A stretch of 64,000 nucleotides of DNA from Alphaproteobacteria bacterium (lineage in GTDB: Bacteria; Pseudomonadota; Alphaproteobacteria; RF32; CAG-239). Location: contig JAZRCM010000003.1 of the NCBI GenBank assembly GCA_045659785.1, forward strand, positions 31,982 through 95,981, read 5' to 3'. The translations under genes and the position numbers were made by a program. Below, in pieces: positions 41,530 to 52,177 of the stretch. How positions within the stretch are numbered: the first letter of the stretch is position 1; every line of letters starts with the position of its first letter. A model generated the notes under the pieces. It searched no databases. It saw only the letters and a program-made list of their open reading frames with translations, and was not told the origin of the DNA.

Positions 41530-42017
41530 ACTTGGTAAAGCCAACTTTTTTTGATTTCAACATCATATTTGCTTCTTAAAAACTTTAACTGTGCATTTGT
41601 TATCTTAGCACAAAACATCCTCTTTTTATTGCCGTCTTCGGTTAAGGTTAATGAAAACAAGTCGTTCAAAACCCTAGGACGAATATAAGCGCAAGTTAAT
41701 ATCATTTTGGGTAAAGCAAATGATTTTTCAATAAAAAACCACCCTCCGCGACAAATAACTCTGCGATTTGTAATCACAACTTCCTGCCATAATGCTAATA
41801 ACAAAGTATAAAAAATTATCGGAATAAGAAAAGTATCATATATCACCATCGGTAAAAAAATCAGCGATACAAAATAATAATACCAGTGGCTTTTTATTCT
41901 GCAAATAACCGTTTCATCTTCTCGCAATTTAACCGAAAATAAATTACGCATATTTTGCCATAACTCTTGCTTTTTCTCGATTCCAATCTCTCGTCTTTTC
42001 GGTTTCACGTTTATCAT
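41526..42017 (-). CDS. bPH_2 (YdbS/YdbT-like, DUF304) membrane protein. The true start is probably an internal Met near 41951, since the 5' end of the ORF overlaps smpB.
   Basis: Two TM helices followed by a PH-like domain pattern. Confidence 0.4.
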   Translation of the reverse strand: MINVKPKRREIGIEKKQELWQNMRNLFSVKLREDETVICRIKSHWYYYFVSLIFLPMVIYDTFLIPIIFYTLLLALWQEVVITNRRVICRGGWFFIEKSFALPKMILTCAYIRPRVLNDLFSLTLTEDGNKKRMFCAKITNAQLKFLRSKYDVEIKKSWLYQV

Positions 42018-42429
42018 AGAGCTTTTTACCTACACCAAGACCAACTTCCAGTTTTGCTCGTCCTTTTTCATTAAAAAACAAACGTATTGCAACCAATGTA
42101 GTTCCTTTTTTTGCAATAGAACCGATTATATCGTTTATTTCTTTTTTCTTTAGCAAAAGCTTTCTGTCTCGTTTTTCTACGTGAGAAGAATATCCTTTAT
42201 TTGAATATTCGGCAATAAACATATTGGAAATATAAACTTCGCCGTTTTTATCAATACCGAACGCATCAATAATATTCGCATGACCTAAACGCAAGGACTT
42301 AACCTCTGTTCCGGTCAATTCAATTCCGGCAACAAATTTTTCTGATATATGATAGTCAAACGAAGCTCGGCGGTTTTGAGCCACCAAGCCTGTTGAGATA
42401 AAATCTGATTTTATTTTTTTAGCTGCCAT
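41944..42429 (-). CDS. smpB: SsrA-binding protein
   Basis: Conserved SmpB core (GIELTGTEVKSLR...LLLKK..I). Confidence 0.9.
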   Translation of the reverse strand: MAAKKIKSDFISTGLVAQNRRASFDYHISEKFVAGIELTGTEVKSLRLGHANIIDAFGIDKNGEVYISNMFIAEYSNKGYSSHVEKRDRKLLLKKKEINDIIGSIAKKGTTLVAIRLFFNEKGRAKLEVGLGVGKKLYDKRETEKTRDWNREKARVMAKYA

Positions 42430-42431
42430 AA

Positions 42432-42869
42432 CTATTTGGCTACTCTTGTAGCAGTTTTTACTTCTGTTTTAGATTCTACAACAGATAAAGACGGTTTGCT
42501 TCTTATACAACGTCCTTCAATATATGCCCCCGGTTCAATAGCAATGGTATTATGACTTGCATCACCGATTAAACGAGCTGTTTGAGCAATAAACAAACTG
42601 TCGGCATAAGCCTCTCCTTGTAAAGCGCCATATAAATGCATACTTTGAGCTCTGACTGTTCCAGTAATTGAACCTTTAACCCCAATTATCAATTCTTCGC
42701 AAGTAACATCGCCATCAATAGTTCCGTCAACATGCAAAATGCCTGTTGAATTCATATTGCCTTTTACGATAGTATTTTCAGCAATAATTGTCGGAACTGA
42801 AACACCGTTTCTGCCTCGTCCCAAAAGTCTTGCAAATTTCAAATAAATGGTTTTTCTTAACTTTTTCAT
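42432..42869 (-). CDS. Bactofilin-family cytoskeletal protein
   Basis: Beta-helical bactofilin (DUF583) repeat pattern, including IIGVKGSITGTV and ALQGEAYADSLFIAQTARLIGDA. Confidence 0.75.
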   Translation of the reverse strand: MKKLRKTIYLKFARLLGRGRNGVSVPTIIAENTIVKGNMNSTGILHVDGTIDGDVTCEELIIGVKGSITGTVRAQSMHLYGALQGEAYADSLFIAQTARLIGDASHNTIAIEPGAYIEGRCIRSKPSLSVVESKTEVKTATRVAK

Positions 42870-42877
42870 TTTTACCT

Positions 42878-44092
42878 CTATGATATTTTTGCTTTAACAA
42901 ACGGCATCGGGTTTACATCTTTGCCTTGATATATAATTTCATAATGAAGGTGCGGTCCGGTTGAACGTCCGGTTGAACCTAATTCCCCTACATCATCACC
43001 TCTTTCAAGGTGTTGTCCTTTTTTCACATAAGATTTATGCAAGTGAGCATATTTAGTTACAAAGCCGTTTCCGTGGTCAATTTCCACAAGATTTCCATAG
43101 CTCTTGCTATAATATGACTTTGTAACTTTTCCTTTTGCCATAACCTTAATTTTGTTACCGGTTCTGCCGGCAAAATCCAACCCTTTATGTGAAGCTTTTG
43201 TTTTCTTAAACGGATCTTTTCTGGTTCCGTATTGTGAAGATATCCAAAAACTTCTTACCGGTTTACCGATAGGAACATATTCTAAAACCTCACGATAATA
43301 GGCAACATCATCAACCGTTTCATACAAACGGCTTATTTTATCGTTAACCTTTTTCTCCTGCAAAAACTTATTATCTACCGGAACATACGGACCACCGCTG
43401 CGATGTTTTTTATTATTAGCCAAAGCATTAAAGTAAAGTCCTTTTTTCTTTAGCGGCTCATTAATTGCACTGATTGCACTTTTTATTTTGCTCATTTCTT
43501 CTTCGGCAATTTGTGAAACCTTATCTAAAACATCCATTTCTGCAGCTCTGATATCTTCAACCATTTTCTGCATTTCAACAAGTTTACGACGCAACTCATC
43601 TCTTTCAGAAACAGCTATATCTCTTTGTAACGAAACTTCATTAATACTGGTCTTTTCTTCCAGTTTTTCAGCATCAATCCATTCCGAATTGCTGGTAATT
43701 TGCTTTACCTTTTCCTCAACCAACGTAGCCTGTTGTTTGTATTGTTCCACATCCAGATTTTTATCTTCCGTTTCATCGAGATTTTTAATCATTTGAGCAA
43801 TATTACTTTGCAAAGTAACAAAATCGCCCATCAAATCCATATAGGCATCACGGGTTGCATTAAGCTCGGAATTTTTACGATTGATAATAAGGCCGGAACG
43901 ATTATACATGTGATGGGAATATCCGCTCCAAACAGCAACAAACACAACTAATATCAATGTTATCAGTTGCATTTTTGACGATATATTAAAAACCCTTGCT
44001 CGCCCGTTACTTCTGAAAATAATTTCTTTGTTTGAAAAGAACGGTTTTTTTTCAGTATAATTGCGAACAATCTTTTTTGGTAGTTTCTTCAT
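42878..44092 (-). CDS. M23-family (LytM/EnvC-like) peptidase with an N-terminal TM segment and a long coiled coil
   Basis: C-terminal HxxxD...GSTGRSTGPHLHYEI M23 signature. Confidence 0.8.
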   Translation of the reverse strand: MKKLPKKIVRNYTEKKPFFSNKEIIFRSNGRARVFNISSKMQLITLILVVFVAVWSGYSHHMYNRSGLIINRKNSELNATRDAYMDLMGDFVTLQSNIAQMIKNLDETEDKNLDVEQYKQQATLVEEKVKQITSNSEWIDAEKLEEKTSINEVSLQRDIAVSERDELRRKLVEMQKMVEDIRAAEMDVLDKVSQIAEEEMSKIKSAISAINEPLKKKGLYFNALANNKKHRSGGPYVPVDNKFLQEKKVNDKISRLYETVDDVAYYREVLEYVPIGKPVRSFWISSQYGTRKDPFKKTKASHKGLDFAGRTGNKIKVMAKGKVTKSYYSKSYGNLVEIDHGNGFVTKYAHLHKSYVKKGQHLERGDDVGELGSTGRSTGPHLHYEIIYQGKDVNPMPFVKAKIS

Positions 44093-44195
44093 AATTACAC
44101 ATGTTCCTTATTCGGAACATATATATCAAAAAAAAACAAAAAAATACAGAACTTTTTTTTACGTATTGAAAAATAAGGAGTCGCAAGCAATTTAA

Positions 44196-44540
44196 TTATT
44201 CTTCATCAAGAATAACGAACTCACCTTCACCTACAAAATTGAGAACTGTTCTTGCACGTTCATCGAGCATATCTAAATCTAAACTTTCCGATGACAACAG
44301 TTTAACTTGTTGGTCGAGTGTTTCTTTGTTTCTACGATAATGGTCGGCAATATTGCGAGCATGAGCTACCTCTTTTTGCAAATAAACCAATTTTTGCAAT
44401 CCTCGTTCTCCGAATATCGCATTAAAAGTAAAATATATGCCAAGAAGCAAAAACAACACCCAAAAAGCTGTTTTGGTCATTTTTTGCCTTATATCTTGAA
44501 ACCACCCCATTTTATCAAATCCGACTCTGTTTATAATCAA
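44196..44540 (-). CDS. ftsB: Septum formation initiator FtsB/DivIC family
   Basis: Single TM helix plus a short coiled coil, ~100 aa. Confidence 0.65.
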   Translation of the reverse strand: MIINRVGFDKMGWFQDIRQKMTKTAFWVLFLLLGIYFTFNAIFGERGLQKLVYLQKEVAHARNIADHYRRNKETLDQQVKLLSSESLDLDMLDERARTVLNFVGEGEFVILDEE

Positions 44541-44601
44541 CTACCGCTGATTATCGGATTTTTTTATTAAAAATTAGTAACTCTGATTAAAATAAACTAA
44601 A

Positions 44602-45072
44602 TTATCTTGTTTTCATGCCCTTAGGCGGATTTTTTATCATCTTCCATTTACCGGAAGTCCTGCCTTCTCTTATAGCAACAATTCGTCCGGCATCAACAGA
44701 TTTGAATATCGGAATATATATTTCTCTGGTTTCACCGACCGCCATCTCTCCCACATCTTTCAACTGCGGAAAAAACACTTTTTTATTGATACTTACATGA
44801 GTTGATTTATGCAAAACCGTGAGATTGGAAAAATCATTAACCTCTTCACTTTCCGAACCCGACAAAGGAAAAATATGATGAATATCCAAATCTTTCGGCA
44901 ATTTCCCCTCTTTTGCACGCGCAATTTCTTCTTCGGTTAAAACGCCGTCAAACTGATGTGTATATGCTAAATATTGGACAAACGCTTTTTTAACATGGCG
45001 CTCATAAAAACGTCGGTGTTTTTTGCTCACCTCGGGTGAAACTTTGGTAAATACGACCTTTTTATATTTCAT
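44602..45072 (-). CDS. HNH-endonuclease-family protein (156 aa)
   Basis: DIHHIFPLSGSESEEVNDFSNLTVLHKSTH matches the HNH H-H...N...N...H pattern. No Zn-finger cysteines. Confidence 0.5.
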   Translation of the reverse strand: MKYKKVVFTKVSPEVSKKHRRFYERHVKKAFVQYLAYTHQFDGVLTEEEIARAKEGKLPKDLDIHHIFPLSGSESEEVNDFSNLTVLHKSTHVSINKKVFFPQLKDVGEMAVGETREIYIPIFKSVDAGRIVAIREGRTSGKWKMIKNPPKGMKTR

Positions 45073-45143
45073 GGTGCCCCTTTCGGTTTATATTGACATA
45101 TTATAACTTTCGATTCGAAACACCAATAATTTATTACGATTGT

Positions 45144-45608
45144 CTACAACTTTTTCTTTCGTTTATTTCTAAAAAATGTTTTCAAAATTTCCGAACACTC
45201 TTTTTCTAATATTCCGCTTTCAAATTCCGGACGATGATGGCAAGTTTTCGCTTCAAAAAACCTAACTCCGTTTTCGATAGCCCCGCCTTTTTCATCACAA
45301 GCACCAAAATACACTTTTCTGATTCGCATAAACGAAATTGCAGCAACACACATTGTGCATGGCTCTAATGTAACATATAAATCCATATCTCGCAAACGAT
45401 TTTGTTTTAACTTTTTGCAAGCTTTTTTCATCGCCTCTACTTCGGCATGAGCCAAAGCGTTTTCTCCGTATTCACTGCGATTTCCCGCTTTTGCGATAAC
45501 CTCTCCCGTTTGAGAATCTACAACTACTGCTCCGACAGGAACTTCATCTTTTTCAAAAGCTTTTTGAGCTTCTTTTAGAGCTATTTGCATATAATCTTGC
45601 GAATTCAT
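45144..45608 (-). CDS. tadA: tRNA-specific adenosine deaminase
   Basis: HAEVEAM and PCTMC zinc-binding CDA motifs. Confidence 0.9.
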   Translation of the reverse strand: MNSQDYMQIALKEAQKAFEKDEVPVGAVVVDSQTGEVIAKAGNRSEYGENALAHAEVEAMKKACKKLKQNRLRDMDLYVTLEPCTMCVAAISFMRIRKVYFGACDEKGGAIENGVRFFEAKTCHHRPEFESGILEKECSEILKTFFRNKRKKKL

Positions 45609-45658
45609 CTTTATTTTTCTCCGTGTTTAATATATGATACTCCAAAATTTGTTGAGGA

Positions 45659-46387
45659 TTGTTTAAGATGAGTGAAAGAATAGCAAAATTTATCGCACGT
45701 TCAGGGGTTTGTTCTCGTCGTGCAGCCGAAGAATTAATTATGCAAAAAAGAGTTACCGTCAATGGAGAAACAATCAACTCTCCCGCTTATAACGTTGACG
45801 GAACCGAAAAAATATTAATTGACGGAGAAAGACTTCCGGCAATTGAGCAAACACGCCTTTGGTTATATTACAAACCGGTCGGTTTAATTACTTCGCACAA
45901 AGATGCAAACCGTCCGACTGTTTTCGATAATCTGCCCGACAATATGCCGCGTGTTATTTCTGTCGGTCGTCTTGACCTCAACTCCGAAGGGCTGTTGCTT
46001 CTTACAAATAACGGCGAACTTTCTCGTATGCTCGAGCTTCCGCAAAACGGCTGGAGCAGACGATATAAAGTCAAAGTACACGGATTCGTTACTCAACAAA
46101 AATTGGATTCGCTTAAAAACGGAGTTACTATCGAAGGCGTAAATTATGGTCCGGTAAAAATCAGTATCGAAAGCACCCAAGGAACAAATACTTGGCTTAT
46201 GGTAACTCTTAACGAAGGAAAAAATCGTGAAATTCGTCGCCTTATGCAACATATCGGTTTAGACGTTGCTCGTCTGATTCGTTTATCATACGGACCATTT
46301 CAGCTCGGAAGCCTTAAAAAAGGCGAAGTAAAAGAGGTTCCTCATAAAGTGCTGAAAGAACAGCTCGGAGGAAAATTTGAGCTATGA
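45659..46387 (+). CDS. RsuA/RluB-family rRNA pseudouridine synthase with an N-terminal S4 domain
   Basis: S4 domain at the N-terminus and a GRLD catalytic Asp motif (VGRLDLNSEGLLLLTNNGEL). Probable start at MSERIAKF (45671). Confidence 0.8.
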   Translation: MFKMSERIAKFIARSGVCSRRAAEELIMQKRVTVNGETINSPAYNVDGTEKILIDGERLPAIEQTRLWLYYKPVGLITSHKDANRPTVFDNLPDNMPRVISVGRLDLNSEGLLLLTNNGELSRMLELPQNGWSRRYKVKVHGFVTQQKLDSLKNGVTIEGVNYGPVKISIESTQGTNTWLMVTLNEGKNREIRRLMQHIGLDVARLIRLSYGPFQLGSLKKGEVKEVPHKVLKEQLGGKFEL

Positions 46388-46926
46388 GAATAATCGGTGG
46401 ATTATACAGAGGCAAAAAACTACTGTCTCCTTCTACAACAGACATCAGACCAACCGCGGATAAAGCAAGAGAATCTGTTTTTAATATTCTTTTTTCAAAA
46501 CTTGATAAACAATGGCAAGAAATTACGATTGCCGATATTTTTTGCGGAACCGGAGCTTTTGGTCTTGAGGCTATATCACGAGGAGTTAAACAAGTAACAT
46601 TGGTGGATATAAACACTAATGCAGCCGCAAAAAACGTCGCATTATTCCCGCAGGAAAAAAATAAGATAAGTTTAATCAAGGCAAACGCCATAAACTTACC
46701 CTTTTCCGCTAAACAATATGATGTTATTTTTATGGATGCTCCATATCAGCAAAATTTAAGCGAAAAGACTCTTGCTTCGGTTATTGAAAAAAAATGGCTT
46801 TCTCCCAACGGAATATGCATTGTGGAAACCGCTCACGATGAAGAATTGCCGATTCCCGAAAACATGGAAGTTATCGACATTCGCAAATACGGAATAGCCA
46901 AATTCCATTTTATCACTTTCAAATAA
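46384..46926 (+). CDS. rsmD: 16S rRNA (guanine966-N2)-methyltransferase RsmD
   Basis: MRIIGGLYRGKKL N-terminus and the DPPY-like motif DAPYQ. Confidence 0.8.
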   Translation: MRIIGGLYRGKKLLSPSTTDIRPTADKARESVFNILFSKLDKQWQEITIADIFCGTGAFGLEAISRGVKQVTLVDINTNAAAKNVALFPQEKNKISLIKANAINLPFSAKQYDVIFMDAPYQQNLSEKTLASVIEKKWLSPNGICIVETAHDEELPIPENMEVIDIRKYGIAKFHFITFK

Positions 46927-46985
46927 AAAACACATCTTTTGCTCTCAGCAACAAAAAACCGCTCTGAAATCAGAGCGGTTTTACT

Positions 46986-47744
46986 TTACTTATCGCCGTA
47001 ATAATTCGCTTTAGTTTCGGGATAGTTTTTCATTGTTTCTTGATTTAATTCTTCACATTTATCTTCAATGCGTTTTTGCAACTTTTCGATAAATTCGTTT
47101 TTATCTCCCTCAACCGTCATCGGCGACATAAATTCAACAATAATCTTTCCCGAAAGATGACTGAAAGAACTTCTCGGCCAAAACATACCACTGTTTAACG
47201 CCACGGGAACTATCGGCATTTTCAAACTTTGTGCCAAGAACAAAAATCCGGGTTTATATTTCAAACTTGTTCCGGCTTTAACTCTGTGTCCCTCAGGAAA
47301 GATAACAATAGAACGACCTTTCTCAACTTCTTTTTTAGCGGAAGCCAACATTTTCTTCATCGCACTTGCGCCGGCAGAGCGGTCCACCGGAATCATTCCG
47401 TACAATGCTTGAGCCCATCCGAAAAGCGGAATATAAGTCAGCTCTTTTTTCAATATCATTGTGCATTTTTTTACAACTGTCGGGAGAGCATAAGTTTCCC
47501 ATGCAGATTGATGCTTAGAGGCATAAATTACACCATCTTGTATATTTTCCAAACCTCTAAACTCTACCGAAAGACCGCCAAAAACTCTCAAGCCCCATAA
47601 AACAATCGGCAATATTATATTACACCACCAATACCAATGCCATTTTTGCGGTACAAACCAGCCTATCGTACTACAAACTATTACCGAAAAGCCAATAACA
47701 CCATAAGTCCATATATTTCCTAATAACGAGCGTATAAAATTCAT
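46986..47744 (-). CDS. plsC: 1-acyl-sn-glycerol-3-phosphate acyltransferase
   Basis: N-terminal TM helices, HQSAWET (H-x4-acidic) and FPEGHR motifs. Confidence 0.8.
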   Translation of the reverse strand: MNFIRSLLGNIWTYGVIGFSVIVCSTIGWFVPQKWHWYWWCNIILPIVLWGLRVFGGLSVEFRGLENIQDGVIYASKHQSAWETYALPTVVKKCTMILKKELTYIPLFGWAQALYGMIPVDRSAGASAMKKMLASAKKEVEKGRSIVIFPEGHRVKAGTSLKYKPGFLFLAQSLKMPIVPVALNSGMFWPRSSFSHLSGKIIVEFMSPMTVEGDKNEFIEKLQKRIEDKCEELNQETMKNYPETKANYYGDK

Positions 47745-47745
47745 T

Positions 47746-48330
47746 TTAATCCTCCTTTTCGATAACCAAGCCGTTTGATAACAAAACGTACAAAAATTTA
47801 TTATACTCTCCGGCTAACAAAGTAAATGTTCGCCAACTTTTCCACCAATCTTTCGATACCTTATCCGAAAAAACCGGATAAGCAATAATTTCCAATTTCG
47901 GATTGCGATAATTAAATTCCGCCATACTGCGTGGCATGTGATAATTTGAAGTAACCAAATATATCGATTTAATTTTATTTTCTTTAACCCAATGCGACAC
48001 TTCTATTGCATTCTCAACGGTATTTGTGGCTTTTTTATCCAAAGTTATATTTTCCGAATTTATAATTTCTACATCTTTTCTTTTTTGCAGTGACTTTAAT
48101 GATGTATCTTTATACACACCGGAAATAAACATCTTGTCGGCTTTTTTATTATTCAACAACTTAACCGCTTCTTTGAGACGATTTCTGCCTCCGGTCAAAA
48201 TAACTATCGCATCAACTTTTTGAGTATCATCAATCTTAAAATCATTTATACGATGATTGAAAGCAATAAATCCGCTAAACCAAAGCAAGAACAATATAAG
48301 AATAAATGCAATTTGTTTTTTGGTAATCAT
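47746..48330 (-). CDS. DUF218 (SanA/YdcF/ElyC-like) membrane-anchored protein
   Basis: N-terminal TM helix and an ILTGG...SNYHMPRS pattern typical of DUF218. Confidence 0.65.
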   Translation of the reverse strand: MITKKQIAFILILFLLWFSGFIAFNHRINDFKIDDTQKVDAIVILTGGRNRLKEAVKLLNNKKADKMFISGVYKDTSLKSLQKRKDVEIINSENITLDKKATNTVENAIEVSHWVKENKIKSIYLVTSNYHMPRSMAEFNYRNPKLEIIAYPVFSDKVSKDWWKSWRTFTLLAGEYNKFLYVLLSNGLVIEKED

Positions 48331-49245
48331 TTACATCATTCTCTCTAATGTGCGTTTTACCGTATAATATGCCGTCTGCATCGCCACCAACGATGAAAAT
48401 AGCGGCAAACTCAAAATTATTATCCATGCACCGGTTGAAAGATTTGCTTCATTAATGATACCACCTTCAATTTGTTGCGCCAAATGAGCAATCAAAAAGA
48501 TAACCGGTATTGATATTGCCACTCCGATAACCCCGCCAATACCGCCAAGCCAAGCTGTTCTGACTGCATATTGTTGTGCAATATATGTGTCTTTTGCTCC
48601 CATAAGGTGCAAAATCTCAATCACATCTTTATGCAACCCTAAACTTGTTTGTGTGGTATAGAATATCGCTCCCGATGTTACGCAAACAACCAGTAACAAT
48701 ACCGCCAAAGCCAACATTTTTAATCCGGCAGCAAAATTTATCAACTTATTAAGCCATAGCTTATGATTATCCAAAGATGCTTGCGGAGCGATATGTGCAA
48801 GCTTTTGAGCCAAAATATTAAAGTCAACATCTGCTCCGGGTTTCAACCTGACATCTATCAAACGAGGGATGGGCAAATCACCGGCATTTATGTCATCTCC
48901 CAACCACGGTTTCAAAAGTCTTTGCAACTGTTCGTCCGTGAGCGGAGTAACCTTTTGAACTTCCGGCATAGCTTCAAGCATTGCAACCGTTCTTTGTTCC
49001 TGAATTATGGTCTCGTTTCTGGCTTTTTCTTTATCCACACTGTTCTCGGGAATGATTTGAACCGTTAAAGAGCCTAAAATACTACTGTTCCAGTTAACTA
49101 ACATCGAGTTAATTGATAAAACACCGGCCAATGTTACCGAAAACAAAAATACCGAAATAGATATCATAACTTTCAAAAACAGATTAGAACTGTCTTTTGA
49201 CAAGGGCAATTCTCGGTCACGCAAAGATTTAAATTTCCATATCAT
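48331..49245 (-). CDS. ftsX: Cell division ABC transporter permease FtsX
   Basis: FtsX topology with a large periplasmic loop. Overlaps ftsE. Confidence 0.8.
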   Translation of the reverse strand: MIWKFKSLRDRELPLSKDSSNLFLKVMISISVFLFSVTLAGVLSINSMLVNWNSSILGSLTVQIIPENSVDKEKARNETIIQEQRTVAMLEAMPEVQKVTPLTDEQLQRLLKPWLGDDINAGDLPIPRLIDVRLKPGADVDFNILAQKLAHIAPQASLDNHKLWLNKLINFAAGLKMLALAVLLLVVCVTSGAIFYTTQTSLGLHKDVIEILHLMGAKDTYIAQQYAVRTAWLGGIGGVIGVAISIPVIFLIAHLAQQIEGGIINEANLSTGAWIIILSLPLFSSLVAMQTAYYTVKRTLERMM

Positions 49246-49945
49246 CTGTGCGCTCCCCCGGTTTTACTATTGAAAGTCCTTTGTTTTTCAGATGAATACA
49301 CGGATATTTAAAATCACGAATAAGATTTTCATTGTGAGTTGCAATAACCACGGTCGTACCCAAACGATTAAGCTCAACAAACAGCTTCATCAATTTTGGA
49401 GCAATATCATTATCCACGTTACCCGTAGGTTCGTCAGCAAGCAAAATATCAGGACGATTAATCACCGCTCTAGCTATCGCCACACGTTGTTTTTCACCAC
49501 CGGATAAGGTAGATGTAAGCGCTGATGTGCTTCGGTCTATTTCCACCCAACGCAATAACTCATTAACGCGTTTTTTTATCTCTTTTTCGCCCATACCGCA
49601 TACTCGCAACGGCAAGGCTACGTTATCAAAAGCCGAAGTATGTTCCAACAATCGGAAATCCTGAAACACAACTCCGATTCGACGTCTAAACATAGCCAAA
49701 GAATTGCGATTGGTAAAATTAACATTATTACCAAACACGCTAACTCGTCCTCGGCTCGGCTTTTGTGCCAAATACATCATACTCAACAAAGATGTTTTTC
49801 CGGCACCGCTTCGTCCGGTTAAAAAATGAAACGAACCTCGCTCCAACGAAAGATTAACATTACTGAGAATTTCCGGACCTCTGCCGTATCTGATACCGAC
49901 ATCCTCCATCTCAATAATAATATCTTTTTTCGGGTTATTTGCCAT
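49229..49945 (-). CDS. ftsE: Cell division ABC transporter ATP-binding protein FtsE
   Basis: Walker A GRSGAGKTSLL, signature LSGGEKQRVAIARA, Walker B ILLADEPTGN. Confidence 0.9.
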   Translation of the reverse strand: MANNPKKDIIIEMEDVGIRYGRGPEILSNVNLSLERGSFHFLTGRSGAGKTSLLSMMYLAQKPSRGRVSVFGNNVNFTNRNSLAMFRRRIGVVFQDFRLLEHTSAFDNVALPLRVCGMGEKEIKKRVNELLRWVEIDRSTSALTSTLSGGEKQRVAIARAVINRPDILLADEPTGNVDNDIAPKLMKLFVELNRLGTTVVIATHNENLIRDFKYPCIHLKNKGLSIVKPGERTDDMEI

Positions 49946-50054
49946 ATATCCTCCTAAAAAACTGCCTTTATACTATTATATTATTGCATTTAATAAAGTA
50001 TTTTTTTGCAGATGTTCCCCATAAAAAAAGTCGCAACCGCGACTTTTTATGTTT

Positions 50055-51785
50055 TTAAGCTTTAGGCATAACCTCCGGAGCTTCAATTCCCAATAGATAC
50101 AACAGCGTTATTAAGACATCTCTGGTTAATTTTGCCAAACCGACACGAGAAGATGCAATATCAACGGTTTCCGCTCCTTTTACCGGAGAAGCATTATAAA
50201 AACTGCTGAATAACTGCGCCAATGTATATGCGTAATCTGAAATAATGCTGGGTTCTTTCTCGGAAGCAGAACGCATAATAACATTACTCATCTGAGCAAT
50301 TTTTAATGCAAGGTTACGTTCTTCATTGTTGGTTATAATGATTTTTCCGGCTTGAACATCGGCATTTTTACGCATAACGGAGTTTATACGAGCGATTGCA
50401 TACTGAATATACGGACCGGTTTTACCTTCAAAATTAGCAAAATCTTCCAAATCAAAAATATATCCTGATGCAATATTGTTCTTCAAATCCTGAAACTTAA
50501 TTGCTCCGACCGCAACTTGAGAAATGAGCTTATCTAATTCTTCTTGAGAAAGACCGCTCTCTCCTCCTGCTTTAGGCATAGATTCGGCCACTTTGTCTTT
50601 TGACATTTGAATCATATCACACAAATTCATTACACCGCCGTCACGTGTTTTAAACGGTTTTCCGTCTGCTCCGTTTACGGTTCCGAAACCGATATGTTTC
50701 ATAGTTACATTTGGAGCAATACCAAGTTTTTCAACTGCTTCAAAAACCTGTTCAAAGTGTAATGATTGACGTTTATCTACGAAATATATAATCTCGTCAG
50801 CTTTCAAATCATCAACTCTCATTTTGATAGTCGCAATATCGGTCGCATGGTATGTAAAACCGCCGTCAGACTTCTCAATAATTACCGGAGGCTTAGGTTT
50901 ATTGCCCTCTTCCAAACGAATAATATAAGCCCCGTCATCGCATTCCAATAAACCTTTATCTTCGGCAATTTTCTTTATATCGAAACAAGTTTTATGAGCA
51001 TCGGATTCACCCAACCACAAATCAAAATGCACACCGAGTTCCTTATAGTTTTCTTTAACGGCATCAACGGAAACTTTTCTGATATGTCTCCAGGCCGTAG
51101 TATATTCTTCATCACCATCTTGGAATTTTGCGGTAATTACACGGGCTTTTTCTTTTGCCTTTTCATCTTCTTTACAACGAATATTGGCTTGTTTGTAAAA
51201 TGCCGTAATTTCTGCAATATTATAATTTTCCATTTTATCCAAATTGCCGTCATGTTCTATGACTTCGGCTAAAATCATTCCGATAGGAGTACCCCAGTCA
51301 CCGAAGTGAACATCGGAAATAGGCTTATTTCCCACAAATTCTTCTATTCTTCTGAACGATTCGCCAATTACACCTGAACGCAAATGTCCGACGTGCATTT
51401 CTTTTGCAACATTAGGACCGCCATAATCCAAAACAACGTTTTTAGGCTCGGCAACGACAGCACATCCGAAACGTTCATCGCTTGCCATTTTATCCATACT
51501 TTCGGCAATCAAATCATCATTAAGGGTAATATTCAAAAATCCCGGGCCATCAACAGATATTTTGGCAAAATCTTTATCGGCATTTAATTTTTCGGCAATC
51601 AATTCCGCAATTTGACGAGGATTCTTTTTTTCCGTTTTTGCTAAAGCCAGAGCTCCGTTACATTGAAAATCACTTAAATCCGGACGATCGGAATTTTTGG
51701 CAACAGCATACTTTTTATCAAAACCTAATTCTTCAAAAACATTTATCAATTTTTTATTTATTAATTCTTCTAAAACATAAGTCAT
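50055..51785 (-). CDS. argS: Arginine--tRNA ligase
   Basis: HVGH class I motif region (EMHVGHLRSGVIG), 576 aa. Confidence 0.92.
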   Translation of the reverse strand: MTYVLEELINKKLINVFEELGFDKKYAVAKNSDRPDLSDFQCNGALALAKTEKKNPRQIAELIAEKLNADKDFAKISVDGPGFLNITLNDDLIAESMDKMASDERFGCAVVAEPKNVVLDYGGPNVAKEMHVGHLRSGVIGESFRRIEEFVGNKPISDVHFGDWGTPIGMILAEVIEHDGNLDKMENYNIAEITAFYKQANIRCKEDEKAKEKARVITAKFQDGDEEYTTAWRHIRKVSVDAVKENYKELGVHFDLWLGESDAHKTCFDIKKIAEDKGLLECDDGAYIIRLEEGNKPKPPVIIEKSDGGFTYHATDIATIKMRVDDLKADEIIYFVDKRQSLHFEQVFEAVEKLGIAPNVTMKHIGFGTVNGADGKPFKTRDGGVMNLCDMIQMSKDKVAESMPKAGGESGLSQEELDKLISQVAVGAIKFQDLKNNIASGYIFDLEDFANFEGKTGPYIQYAIARINSVMRKNADVQAGKIIITNNEERNLALKIAQMSNVIMRSASEKEPSIISDYAYTLAQLFSSFYNASPVKGAETVDIASSRVGLAKLTRDVLITLLYLLGIEAPEVMPKA

Positions 51786-51800
51786 TATCTTTTCCTACAA

Positions 51801-52151
51801 TTATCTGACACATTGAAACTTTGCATAAGTGGGAGTAAACAAACGGCACGAAAATCTGTCCTCATTTTCTAAAGATGCAGATGTTCCCGTATTATGTTTT
51901 ACACATTCATCATCTGCCATTTTCTGTACTTCTTCAAAATCCGTAACCCACCCGTTATAACATACAACCGGAGCATCTGTCTTTGATGTACCGACATATA
52001 GCCCCGCGCCGGTCATTCCGGCCTCCCTTCGTCGATCAACAAAAGGCTGTGTTAAAGAACAAGCTCCCAAAAACAAAACCAATAAAACAGCTTGAGCCAT
52101 TTTTTTTCTAGACAATTTCAAAATCTCCATTAAATTAAATATGTAGTACAA
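51801..52151 (-). CDS. Small Cys-containing lipoprotein (probable start at MAQAVLLVLFLGAC, lipobox LGAC)
   Basis: Lipoprotein signal with a lipobox Cys, and 4 further Cys residues. Confidence 0.5.
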   Translation of the reverse strand: MYYIFNLMEILKLSRKKMAQAVLLVLFLGACSLTQPFVDRRREAGMTGAGLYVGTSKTDAPVVCYNGWVTDFEEVQKMADDECVKHNTGTSASLENEDRFSCRLFTPTYAKFQCVR

Positions 52152-52177
52152 ACAATTTATACATGAAGAAGTGAAAA

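Noticed and set aside
41526-42500. tmRNA (ssrA) near smpB
   Set aside because: No tRNA-like acceptor/T-arm sequence and no GGGG...CCACCA ends were found in the flanking intergenic DNA.
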